Positions 44,291 through 56,288 of a stretch of DNA of 64,000 nt are shown piece after piece (within the stretch, counting starts at the first letter, position 1; every line of letters begins with the position of its first letter). The DNA is from Azolla caroliniana (lineage: Eukaryota > Plantae > Polypodiophyta), in NCBI GenBank assembly GCA_043228905.1, contig JBHGNT010000011.1, positions 7,750,001 to 7,814,000 of the forward strand. Direction: 5' to 3'. The notes below the pieces were generated by a model. The model was not told where the DNA came from. It was given only the letters and a program-made list of their open reading frames with translations, and ran no database searches. The position numbers were made by a program, and so were the translations under genes.

Positions 44291-44410
44291 GATTATGTAC
44301 TAAATAAAGTGTACTAAGGTCTAAGAAAAAAGTGTACTAAGGTCAAAGAAAGTCTCTCTTAGGTCTAACTAACAAACCTTAAGGTTACTTTAACCATAGT
44401 GGTCAATCCC

Positions 44411-44418
44411 TATAAATA
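44411..44418 (+). promoter_or_regulatory. TATA box of the cargo gene
   Basis: TATAAATA, upstream of ATG 44550 and a canonical CAG/GTAAG donor at 44585. Confidence 0.5.
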
Positions 44419-44549
44419 GGAAGATCCCCTCATTTCGCGATCACTCACACGCAGAACAGAGCACACGAGCACAAAGAGCCTAGAGCATGAAGAGCCCTGA
44501 CCACGCAACACTAATCATCATCTCCCCATTAGCATCGACGACGAGAATC

Positions 44550-47500
44550 ATGTCTTCTAAGAAGAGCGAGCACCAAGATTCCAGGTAAGCGCCTGATTGT
44601 ACAGACCTTTTTTAAAAATATGTTTTTAGCACTCAAGAACTCAATACAAGGTATCTCTTGTATAAAAGACTCTTATTAAACAGGAACTCGATACGCCGTA
44701 TCGAGTTCCTGTATAAAACACTCACTTTAAACAAGAACTTGATACACCGAATCGAGTTTCTGTAAAAAGGGAGGGTTTTTAACAAGAACTCGATACGGCA
44801 TATCGAGTTCCTATTTAATAAGAGTGTTTTATACAGGAACTCGATTCCCTGTATCGAGTTCCTGTATAAAACCATCTTTATAAAAAGGAATATTGTGTCT
44901 TTGGGGGAACTTATTGATATATGTGTGAAAAGATACCAATTTTATGTCCAATTCAGACATTTTTAGCGAAATTTGCTACATTTTGTAACATTTAGCGCCC
45001 TTATTGAAACATGTTGTATGACCTATAATAGCTTAAAATAATAGAAAATAACACACAAATTACCTTTATGATACCAAATTCAAACCGATCGTATTAAAAC
45101 TCTCAACAATATGGGATATGGAATCAATATAAACCATACCTACCCTTCAATATGATATATATCCTTGTAAAATTATTAAGATATATAATTTTCGAAGTTG
45201 AATAGCCCTTACTAAATTTAAATTCACAATAAAGGTCTATCATGTTCACAGAATTTATGATTGATATTTAGAGTTTAGCACAAGTCGCTTGCTAGTTTTT
45301 GTCTTGGTCTGCTAATGTATATTTTAATAGGTAACCTAAATCTAGGAAACCAACTAACTTATATTTTCGCATGTCCTTTCTTAAATATGTCGTTTAAGAA
45401 CTTGTCGGACCGACCTGTGAAGAAAATCAAGCTCCGAATTCAGGGCTCTCCAATGGAGACCCAGAAACAAATAGTTCTTTAGAACATGAAGAGAGGAAAA
45501 AAGCTTCTTTTCATCGAGGAGACAAAATCTCAACCATTAGACGAAATTAACGAAAAGGAAATGTTAGGTGCTACTGGTGGTGAGGACCTTCCTGACCATG
45601 ATCTAACGGACAAGGAATGGTGTATGCAGTACGTCGACTCAAAGAAAAAAGTCGTGCTGTATACGGCAAAGAAGAAGGGTGACAGTTAGCTTGAAAAAGA
45701 CATTGCATTTATGTATGGCTGTATTTTACGATTTGACTACGAAGATTTAGATTCAGCCAACATTCTTGTAATGATAGAGTGCTCGAAGGGGGTACGTAAA
45801 GTGTACCTTTCTGAAGATCGACTAGTAAAGGAATCTTGTGGGCTAGAATCTTTAAAAAAATATCTACAAAGCTCACAAAATGTTATTGTCACCTTGAGGC
45901 CTTATATACAAGGCCATGTAACTCTAAGGGAGCCCTTTCCCTCCCTAGTGAAGGCCCCAAAAAGGGCATGTAAAGTGCAATCAAGACCAGCAAAAAAGAA
46001 GACCACTAAAATGTCGAACTCTAACTCATCAAGCTCAACCGAAGATGAGGACACTAGGGGGACGCCAGGTGCTGAGCTAGCATCTGGTGTGTTGTTATCC
46101 GAGCAGAGTAAGATACAGAGAGAGTTAAAGCAGTGCAAACTCCTGAGAAAAGGGCAAGTGTTTGATTTGCCTATAACACACATCCATCGGCCCCTAGTAG
46201 ATGTAAAAATAGGATGAAGACCACTTGAGATCAGAGAGCCACACCGAATGCATGTTCAAAATCTCAAGAAAAAAATGAAAATAAATCTACATGCTACAGT
46301 TGTGCCTTTCATTGTGATGGTAGATCCCGAAGAATGTTCCACAACTAAGGACTTAGACGTGAGAAAGCATGATCAATACAATTACTTTGTAATTTGTGGA
46401 TCACATTCGATTGAAGCACGCCGACAACTTTTTAGAGAGCACCCAACAACTTTCTTCTTCAAGTATGCCGAGTGCAAAATATACGTGGCCCTCACAATTG
46501 AGGCAAAGCTTTTGGCATGGGACCACAACAACGACAATGACTATAGGCAGAAAATGTCATGTATTGAACGGATAAGGTTCTTCCACCATGAATACCTGGA
46601 CGTCAAACAAAAGTTTGGTGTGAAGCTACACCCCGGCCTACGACATCAATGCCTTCATGAGGTCAGCATTGTGGTGGATAATAATGTTTAGTCGGATGGT
46701 CTTCGGAATATGAGTCATGGTTTCAACTTGCCTTTAGAGATGGAGAAGTATGGGACCTACAAGATCAAATCTTCTCAATGTGGGAGAATAAGGAGGTCAA
46801 GGGTCAACGACAAAAGAATGTAAGATAGACCCTCAGCTCGAATTAAAGTCACAAGCAACCAAGAAAATTGATTTGACAATTGAAGAAGCGGCTGACGACA
46901 TGAAGTTGTCTCTATGGAGAGCGATGCAAGGTATTAAGGACGAGTAGCTTCTTGTGTTTGTTTTGTCAAGGGTTGTAGCGAAAGAATTAAGCCTTGAAGA
47001 AATGGTCACTGAGTTCAATAAGTAAGTCTTTCAAATAGTGATATTGAATTCAATATGGTGCAATTGAAAGTTCTAATCTTGTTTTCTAATTTCATAGTCA
47101 TAAGGTGTACATGAAGATCCAAGAAGTTATGATGAAACAACTTGGATGTATGACTTGGGAACAAGTGACCAAGGATTATCCTCTAACATTATCATATAAG
47201 GTGTTATCCGAGTATTTTATTGCATTCAATGATTGGGTTAGTATTAGTGTTTTTCATTACGTTTTCCTCATATGTAGAGGTTGTGTAATAATACTTGATG
47301 TCTTATTGCTTCTATTAGAAACCGTGTTGTGGCAAGAAACCAGGAGAAGTTAAGGATATACACGATTTCCCGACATCCTTCCTTGCACATCTAGAGAGAG
47401 CTAGAAAAGAAAAGGATCATCACTTAGTCAAGGCATATGAAATTGAGGAAGATGGAAAGGACATTACTAGAGATCTTTACTACAACGTGATTTGCGGCGA

Positions 47501-48591
47501 TGTCGTTGACATGATCCAAAAAGTGCCAAAGAAGGAATATACACTAATGATTGTTGATGTTCCATACAGATTTCGAATGACAGGGCCATCATACGACGAT
47601 AAAACTTTTAGGTTCAAACAACTAGAGAAGATGGTCAAGGATTTTGCTGAGCTAACGACTGCATCCTTGTGGAGGATAGTTGTCTTTCATAAGTATGGAC
47701 CAAGGGTACTCGGTAGCCCAAGCTTTGAGATCTTGTTGCCATGGCATTGAGATCCTTGAATGATAAGGATTATTTATAAGTCTCATTCACTATATCGCCT
47801 TTCTTAATATTGTTCAGTCTATTCTTAACTCAATGCAATATTTGTTATAGGATAAATAAAAACCAATGTCAATAGAGGGCCAACCTTTCGGTTCGTAAAT
47901 GTCATTGAATACATTATGGTTGGCTACTTCGATAAAATAAAGAAACAAAGAATCAAGGAGCATTCAATTGAAGTCGAAGGTTCAAATTTGCTAGTATATC
48001 CAGCAGTGACACGGAAATTGCGACATGTCACCACGACAGAACGGGGACTTGTCAACCCATACCAAAAACCTCAACGACTTATGATGCGCTTAATCGAGAT
48101 GTTTTCTGTAGAAGGAGATTGGATATTAGACCTCTTTTCTAGCACAGGTATTCCTCGAACTAGGTTTACATTCTTGAGATAACCAATACCAATTCTTTTT
48201 TGTTTGAAAACTAATTCTTCTTGGTGCTTTCTTCACAGGGACAACGTCTGCTTGTGCATTGAAGCTCTTCAAAAACACAGTTGCATTGGAGAAGGACGAG
48301 GAGCAAGTTATATTTATAAACATGAGGATTAAGGCTTTGTGGGAGTGCCCAGACCAGGACGAGGAGGTCGGTGCAAAGCACCTCGTTGATACCGAAAGAT
48401 TTCAACCTGCTTCGCGAGACCCTATTCCTCCGTTAGCCGGGGAACCGAGGGAGCTAATTGAGCTTGATGATGAGCTTATAGAAGATATTACGTTGACTCG
48501 GTTAACAAGGGAAGAAAATGCATGTATAGTCGAAGAGACTTCTATAAGAGATGAAGAAGAAAATAACATTGACGATTTGATTGTTATTTAA
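44550..48591 (+). pseudogene. Multi-exon gene: ParB/Srx-like domain plus beta-class N6A/N4C DNA methyltransferase
   Basis: ParB-like segment IHRP..REPH..HVQNLKKKM..PFIVMVD..YFVICGSHSIEARRQL (46180-46600). ICGDVVDMI..MIVDVPY motif IV (47556-47567). NPYQKPQRLMMRLIEMFSVEGDWILDLFSSTG/TTSACALKLFKNTVALEKD (motifs X-I-II) across GT-AG intron 48148-48238. The first exon and several splice sites are tentative. Confidence 0.8.
44634..44865. repeat. 51-bp-period array of 33-bp palindromes with 18-bp variable linkers
   Basis: ACAGGAACTCGATACG-C-CGTATCGAGTTCCTGT units start at 44680, 44731, 44782 and 44833, plus a degenerate unit at 44634. Confidence 0.9.
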
Positions 48592-49702
48592 TAGACTCTT
48601 TTGTTGACGAAATATATTGTTTGGAATTCACATTACTAATACAAATTTTGGGTTCTATTTGGTGTATTCCATTCTTTATATTCTTCTATATGTTTCAATT
48701 TTACTTCTATATACTTGGTTTGTGGATTTATGACATTGGTTTCACCGCGTGTATTGCTGACTACCAATATGGAGAAACATGAATTAGTTTATATTAAGGT
48801 TGATTTCGGTCAAACTTTACATTAACATAACATGCTTGTACAATTGTTGCCATGACTGTCCATGTTGTTATTTGTGATCAATTGTCGAGATTGTCATTCT
48901 GTGTCTAATATATACCAGTCCATATATTATGGATCTTTGTCTTGTATTGCTAAAACTATTATGTTTCTCTTCCATTGTTGCTTAGATTGTGTAGTGTGTT
49001 GATAATGGTTCCACTAGCGTTATCCGCATGTTTTTATACGCTTGTAGTTCCACTAGCGTTATCGTTCGGAGTTTGATCCTGTGTGAATCACCTAAGGGAT
49101 AGATTAGATCAATTTTAAATACAAGTATTGAAAGCCTTAATAGGTTTGTTATTTCCATCACATTATCCTAAAGTTCATTGTCTTACGTTGTCCACAATTA
49201 TATACATATGGTTTGATCCCATGCGAACAAACTAAGGAATAGATTAGATCAACTTTAAATACAAGTATTAAATACCTTAATAAGTTTGTTATTCCAATCA
49301 CATTATCCTATAGTTAGTTCACTATCCTACATTGTCCACAATTATATACATACGAGAATGGGTCAAAGTATAAATTATAACTTATTTTATTAGTATAGTT
49401 ACAAGTACACGTCATATTTTTGTAAAACTTACCAAAATAATATAAGTCTTTAACTGAGTGTTTGTCATGTCGCACATTAGTGAGATATTGAGCCATTGTT
49501 GAACTTTATTATGCCTACATTAACTTATCAACACATCCAAACTTATTTGAATTTCTAATGTTCTCTACTCGGAGATCTATCATGTATTTTTTTATATTTG
49601 CAAATTCTAATCAAGTTGTGGAACATGTGATACTAGTGCATCCAATTTTTGTAGAGAGGTTATATTTGGATATTTTCAAGAAGATTCTACAAGTGGAATG
49701 TG

Positions 49703-49733
49703 CGATCCTTCCACTTGTGAACGCGAACGTGTT
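49703..49733 (-). repeat. Right TIR of the DNA transposon
   Basis: CGATCCTTCCACTTGTGAACGCGAACGTGTT followed by TSD TCGA. Confidence 0.95.
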
Positions 49734-51479
49734 TCGACAGATTTGGGCTATTAGTACTATTAGGACTATCAAACATTCCTACTGAAATAGACTTCGGTTT
49801 AGTACAATTAGTACTAGCAACTATTTGGTTCACCTATCTTCTTGGCCTATGGGGAAAGTTTACTGCAATATGCCCTGGTCCACCGCAATAAAGACATAGT
49901 CTATTTGCTCGACGTCGCTACTTTTCTTCTTCCGATAGTGGTCCGCGACGATGTTGTCGTGTGATTTTTTACACATGATAAGAAAAGTAATGAAATAATT
50001 ATTTTAGGTTAGCTTAAATGGATTAGTACGAAAGATAGACATCTTTAAGAGCTTTATAACACATTTTACTACACATTAAAGGGATAAACAAGTATCAAGT
50101 TATGTGAGTGTGAAGTTTGAGAAGATTGGGAAAAACAAAACTGTGAGATATCCCACATAGATAGGACAACATTGGATCCCATATTATATAATGAGAGCCA
50201 GAACCTAATACTTTATGTCTGTGTGTGAAGCACTGAATGTTCAAGGTGACTTGGGTTGCATTGTGTGGATGAATGACACAAATGATTTTGGGTCACGTCT
50301 TGATCAGCCACGGCGTACAACTTGGATGGGATGCACGTGTCTGCGGACGCGTACATGGCGCGGTTGGGACGTGCATGCACATAGACGCATACGCATCTAC
50401 AGTTCGGTTGCAATGCATGGTTTGGTTGCAACGAACGCATGGATTACACATGGGCTGAACTTTATACGAACGGTCGCATGCAACTAAAAGTAAATGGCTA
50501 AGCAACTAAAACAGGAGGCCATGCAACTAAAAATGGAGGCCATGCAACTAAAAGTGGATGCATGCAAAGGAACATGGGAGGCTATGATCAACAAAGAACT
50601 TCGTATATGTTCCACTCTCTTTTTTTTCTCTAGTTTTTTTTTTCCTTTCTCTTCTTCTCTCTCCCATTCCTTGGGGGAAAGATAATCTCTCATATTGATA
50701 TTGGACCACTCCTTACATGGTTGTTGGCTCCTTTCTTCCAAGGATAATCTCTCATATTCATATCAGACCACTCCTTATGGACCCGGCTACGGAGAGCCGG
50801 ATGGTGCAGACCCGATATGAACCGGATGAGGAGTACCCGGCTACAGAGAGCCGGATGGTGCAGACCTGGTATGAATCGGATGAGGAGTACCCGGCTACGG
50901 AGAGCCGGATGGTGCAGACTTGGTATGAACCGGATGAGGAGTACCCGGCTACGGAGAGCCGGATGGTGCAAACCCAGTATGAACCGGATGAAGAGACATA
51001 TTCGTAAATATGTTTCTGAGAGTCCATCGAGGCTATATTTGTAAATAGCCGAAAAGTCATATTAGTATAAATATGACTTAGGGCAAACTTTTAGTTTGAG
51101 TTGTCGTTGTCAGTTTTTTGTTGGTGCAAGAAGAAGAGTGAGTGTGTAACTATACAAAGAGTGAGAGAGAGAAAGAGGTCGCTTGCCTCTGTTGTAACCA
51201 CCGCCTGTGGCGAAGATCTGTGAGCACGAGGTCGTTGCCTCAGTGAACTCACTGTTGTACATTCTTACATAGTGACAGTTCGCAGCCTGTGGGCTGTCGT
51301 GGTTTTTTCCCCTAGTTTGGGGTTTTCCACGTAAACCTCCTGTGTATCTTCCTCTTCTTTGTGTCGTGTTTTATTTCCCATTTTTCTGTGTATCATTCTA
51401 AGCTCGGTTGTGGCCAAGCATTGCGCATAAGGAGCGTTGAGTTCCCGTCAATTGGTATCAAAGCAAAACGACACAGAAA

Positions 51480-54400
51480 ATGGACGAATCATTTGGCGGC
51501 ATGTTCAAGCTCACCGGCTCCAACTATTCAGTGTGGAAGTCGAAGATGAGGGACATGCTCATGGTTAAAGACCTCTGGCTGCCGGTTCAGTTCGGGGACA
51601 AGAGACCGAACAAAATCAACGCCACGATATGGGAGGTGATGCACATGAAGACAACGGCGTACATACGGTGCTTCATCGACATGAGCCTATACAACAACTT
51701 CAATGAAGAGAGCAAGGCTCATGAGCTCTGCGAGAAGATCGTTATAATGTTTCAAAACAAAAATGTTGTTAACCAGGTTTTGGTATTCCGGAAGCTAGTA
51801 AGACTCCGGTACCAAGATGGCTCCAGCATGGCAGAGCACATGAATGCCTTCCAGGGGCTGATCCACCAGGCAACTTCATTGGAAGTACCTCTCGCCGATG
51901 AGGTACTAGCGCTACTCCTGCTCGGTTCCCTCCCGGATAGCTGGGAGACGTTGGTTGTCACTTTGGGCAATGCCGGGCCGAAAGGAAAACGGTTATCCCT
52001 AGCAAGAGTGAAGTCGAGCCTGCTAGATGAGGAGGCGCGTCGGAAAGATAAAGATACGAGCTCCGACTCCAAAGCACTCGTTACCGAATCGGAACGCGGA
52101 AGACATAGAAATCGTAGTCCCCAGAACCGGAAGAAGTCGGGGACACGGTCAAAGTCAAGGGGGAGACCTACTTGCTTCTATTGCGGCAAGCTGGGACACT
52201 TCCAGAAGAACTGTCGGCATTTCCGAAAGGACAAGGAAACCGATGATACCGATTCGAAGCGGATACCGGACCGGAACGGTAAAGACCGGAGGGGGCCGGA
52301 CCGGAAGGGAACGATGGCAATCGCGGCAAGTGAAGAGGAGTTGATGCTCATCACCGAGGAGAGTGAGATAAACCTTGCCAGCAACGAGATGACCTGGGTG
52401 GTAGACTCCGGAGCGTCGTTCCACCTTACCCCAGACCGGAAATGCTTCTCATCCTACTCAGTCGGTGATCACGGCTGTGTCCGGATGGGGAATGAAGGTA
52501 CATGTTGAATTGTCGGCATAGGAGACGTGTGGCTATCGACACCAACCGGATGCAAGTTGCTACTGAGGGATGTCCGACACGTTCCGGAGGTTCGACTGAA
52601 CCTGATATCAGCCGGTCGGCTAGATGATGAGGGCTACACGGGTAGCATCCGGAACGGTGTCATGAACTTCAGCAAAGGGAGCCTGATTGTGGCTCGGGCC
52701 CGGAAGGTAAACACATTGTACCTGATGAATGTCGGTTATGTCCGGAAGAAGTGAACATGGCATCCGACACTGCCGGTGAGCTGTGGCACAAGAGGTTGTG
52801 TCATATCAGCGAGAAGGGGATGAAGAGGCTTGCAGACGACAACCTCATTCCAGTGAAGAACGTGCACTTAGAGAAGTGCACTAATTTTCTGGTCGGTAAG
52901 CAGAACCGGACCTCCTTCCGACCAAGGCCACCGATGAGACGTAATGCACCATTGGAGTTGGTGCATACGGATGTGTGTCAAGTAGACACGAAGTCACATG
53001 CCGGAGCACAGTACTGCGTGACTTTCATAGATGACCACAACCGGAAGCTATGGGCCACACCGTTGAAGACGAAGGATCAGGTGCTATCCGTCTTCAAAGA
53101 GCTCCACGCGAGAGTGGAAAGAGAAACCGGCCGGAAGCTGAAGGCGGTTCGAGCAGATAACGGAGGAGAATACCGGGGGCAGTTCGAGGAGTACTGCCGC
53201 TCGAAGGGAATCCGGCTCAAATTTAACGTGCCGAAGTCGCCGGAACTAAACGGGTTGGCCGAGAGGATGAACCGGACCATAATGTAGAGGGTCTGGAGTA
53301 TGCTAGGGCATGCAAAACTACCCAATAAGTTTTGGGCTGAGGCACTATCGACGGCGACATATGTGATAAATAGATCACCCTCAGTACCCTTGGACGGAGA
53401 CACGCCACAGAGAGTGTGGACCGGTAAGGAAGTATCCTACCGGCATCTGAAGGTGTTCGGATGTCTCGCGTACGTGCATGTAGCTAAGGACCGGAGAGGA
53501 AAGTTAGATCCAAAGACCCGGCCATGCATATTCCTCGATTACGGTGACGATGAGTTCGGCTACCGAGTGTGGGACCTGGTCGACAAGAAGGTATTCCGGA
53601 GTTGAGATATTATCTTCATGGAGAACAAGACGCTCGCCGACTGGGAGTTGGAGAAGAAGATAATGAACTCTGAGTCGACCGGTAAGGATAGACTCTACGA
53701 TCAGCAGACCCAACCGGCAAGAGACCGGTTAACACTCGAGGAACCAGTCGGTTACGGTGAGGATACCGAACCAGCAGAAGAAGAAGTAGAGGAAGCTGAG
53801 ACCGGAACCGGCCAAGACCCCGAATCAGATTCGGATGAAGAGCAAATAGAGGAGCTGGTTACCGAAGCCCGAAGACGGAGATATCCCCTCAGAGAGAGAA
53901 GGGCCCCCAAGAGATTTCTGGATGCAGAGCATGTTCTGTTAACCGATGAGGGGGAGCCAAAAAGCTTCGAAGAAGCGAAGGATGACACCCACAGCCGAAA
54001 ATGGTTAAGTGCCATGCAGGACGAGATGGATTCCCTGCATGAGAACCATACGTACGAATTGCTGGAGTTGCCGAAAGGAAAACGGGCACTCAAACACAAG
54101 TGGGTGTACAAGTTGAAACCGGGAGATGCTGACAACCCCCCGAGATACAATGCCAGGATCGTGGTGAAGGGGTTCCAGCAGAAGAAGGGCGTGGACTTCG
54201 ACGAGATATTTGCCCCGGTAGTAAAGATGACCTCCATCCGGACGGTGCTGAGTATAGCAGCAAGCATGGACCTCGAGGTAGAGCAGCTGGACGTGAAGAT
54301 GGCATTCCTTCACGGCGACCTCGAAGAGGAGATCTACATGCAGCAACCGGAAGGATTTGTGGAGAAAGGGGAGCACCTGGTATGCCGGTTGAAGAAGAGC

Positions 54401-55522
54401 ATGTACGGACTGAAGCAGGCTCCCCGGCAATGGTACCGGAAGTTCGACTCCTTCATGACCGATCAAGGGTACCACAAGACGCAGGCTGATCATTGCGTGT
54501 TTGTGAAGAAGTTCGAAGGAGATGACTTCCTGATACTCCTTCTGTACGTGGATGACATGTTGATCGTCGGACGAGATCAAGTCAAAATACGGACGCTGAA
54601 GAAGGCTCTCAACCGGACCTTCTCAATGAAAGACTTGGGTCCGGCAAGGCAGATGCTGAGGATGCACATCATCCAGAACCGGTCAGTGAAGCAATTATGG
54701 TTGTCACAGGAGAAGTACGTGACAAAGGTGCTTCACCGGTTCAACATGTCAGATGCAAAACCGGTCGGATCGACACTTCCGGCAAACTGCAAGCTATCCG
54801 GCAAGCAAAGCCCGAAGACGAAAGCAGAGAAGGCGGATATGATGAAGATTCCATATGCCTCTACCGTCGGGAGCTTAATGTACGCAATGGTTTGTACCCG
54901 ACCGGATATAGGATACGCAGTCGGAGTGGTGAGCCGGTTCATGAGTAATCCCGGCAAGGAGCACTGGAACGCGGTCAAATGGATACTCCGGTATTTGAAG
55001 GGCACTTCAAATATGTGTCTCTGATTCGGCTCTGGAAAACCTCAACTGGACGGTTTCACCGATTCGGACATGTCGGCTGATGTGGATACCAGCCGGTCTA
55101 CATCCGGGTATATAATGACATATGTAGGGGGAGCTATTTCGTGGCAGTCGAGGCTGCAGAAGACGGTTGCTTTGTCAACCACGGAGGCGGAGTACATGGC
55201 AGCTGTGGAAGCCGGCAAGGAAATATTATGGATGAAGGACTTCATCGGAGAGCTCGGTATCCAGCAAGATGAATACCGACTCTATTGCGACAGTCAAAGT
55301 GCCATCCACCTTGCTAAGAATGCGGCCTACCATTCCCGGACGAAACATATCCAGCGAAGGTACCACTGGATCCAGGAAAGAGTAGATGACCAGGAGTTCG
55401 CGCTGATTAAGATCCACACGGCCGAGAACGGGTCAGATATGCTGACCAAAGTGCTGATACCCGACAAGTTGGATGCATGCCGGAAGAGAATCGGACTGGT
55501 AAGACATCCCATGCCGGAGTGA
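51480..55522 (+). pseudogene. Copia gag-protease-integrase-RT-RNase H polyprotein with a few stops/frameshifts
   Basis: CFYCGKLGHFQKNC, WVVDSGAS, RADNGGEY, LLYVDDML, ALSTTEAEY. Confidence 0.93.
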
Positions 55523-55612
55523 AGGGGGAGTTTGTTGGGAGACAGGTCCCTCCGGATGGGAAGGGAGAAGAACAGTGCTGATGAACAAACTCGGCCGAGG
55601 CCGAATCCGTAT

Positions 55613-55830
55613 GAGGAGTACCCGGCTACGGAGAGCCGAATGGTGCAAACCCGGTATGAACCGGATGAGGAGTACCCGGCTACGAAGAGCCGGATGGTGC
55701 AGACCCGGTATGAACCGGATGAGGAGTACCCGGCTACGGAGAGCCGGATGGTGCAGACCCGGTATGAACCGGATGAGGAGTACCCGGCTATGGAGAGCCG
55801 GATGGTGCAGACCCAGTATGAACCGGATGA
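55613..55830 (+). repeat. Four 54-bp tandem repeats in copia LTR U3 (also about 50781-50992)
   Basis: Unit GAGGAGTACCCGGCTACGGAGAGCCGGATGGTGCAGACCCGGTATGAACCGGAT. Confidence 0.92.
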
Positions 55831-56288
55831 AGAGACATATTCGTAAATATGTTTCTGAGAGTCCATCGAGGCTATATTTGTAAATAGCCGAAAATTCATA
55901 TTAGTATAAATATGACTTAGGGCAAACTTTTAGTTTGAGTTGTCGTTGTCAGTTTTTTGTTGGTGCAAGAAGAAGAGTGAGTGTGTAACTATACAGAGAG
56001 TGAGAGAGAGAAAGAGGTCGTTGCCTCTGTTGTAACCGCCGCCTGTGGCGAAGATCTGTGAGCACGAGGTCGTTGCCTCAGTGAACTCACTGTTGTACAT
56101 TCTTACATAGTGACAGTTTGCAGCTTGTGGGCTGCCGTGGTTTTTTCCCCTAGTTTGGGGTTTTCCACGTAAACCTCCTGTGTATCTTCCTCTTCTTTGT
56201 GTCCTGTTTTATTTCCCGTTTTTCTGTGTATCATTCTAAGCTCGGTTGTGGCCGAGCATTGCACATAAGGAGCGTTGAGTTCCCGTCA

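Larger units (their letters stand above)
32756..49733. mobile_element. Large cut-and-paste DNA transposon (Sola-like, tentative) with transposase and ParB-like/amino-methyltransferase cargo gene
   Basis: 31-bp TIRs with 30/31 identity (32756-32786, 49703-49733). 4-bp TSD TTGA (32752-32755) / TCGA (49734-49737). Removal restores the chromovirus sequence AAATTTGTTCGA seen near 8857. Confidence 0.93.
50778..56288 (+). mobile_element. Near-complete Ty1/copia (Tork-like): 5' LTR about 50778-51450 (first ~87 bp lost), PBS 51453-51464, PPT 55519-55530, 3' LTR 55533-56288
   Basis: Highly similar LTRs ending TCCCGTCA; PBS TGGTATCAAAGC; complete domain order. Confidence 0.93.

Noticed and set aside
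44634-44865. CRISPR-like repeat-spacer array
   Set aside because: Linkers are only 18 bp, AT-rich and related to each other by inversion. There are no cas genes and the context is a eukaryotic TE.
44550-48591. Bacterial contamination or a restriction-modification operon
   Set aside because: The gene has GT-AG introns, lies within TIRs nested in plant retroelements, and has no adjacent endonuclease gene that could be recognised.
50717-51007. Repeat protein (EEYPATESRMVQTRYEPD)n, also 55532-55846
   Set aside because: Open frame produced by 54-bp U3 tandem repeats; overlapping ORFs occur in several frames, with no evidence of coding function.
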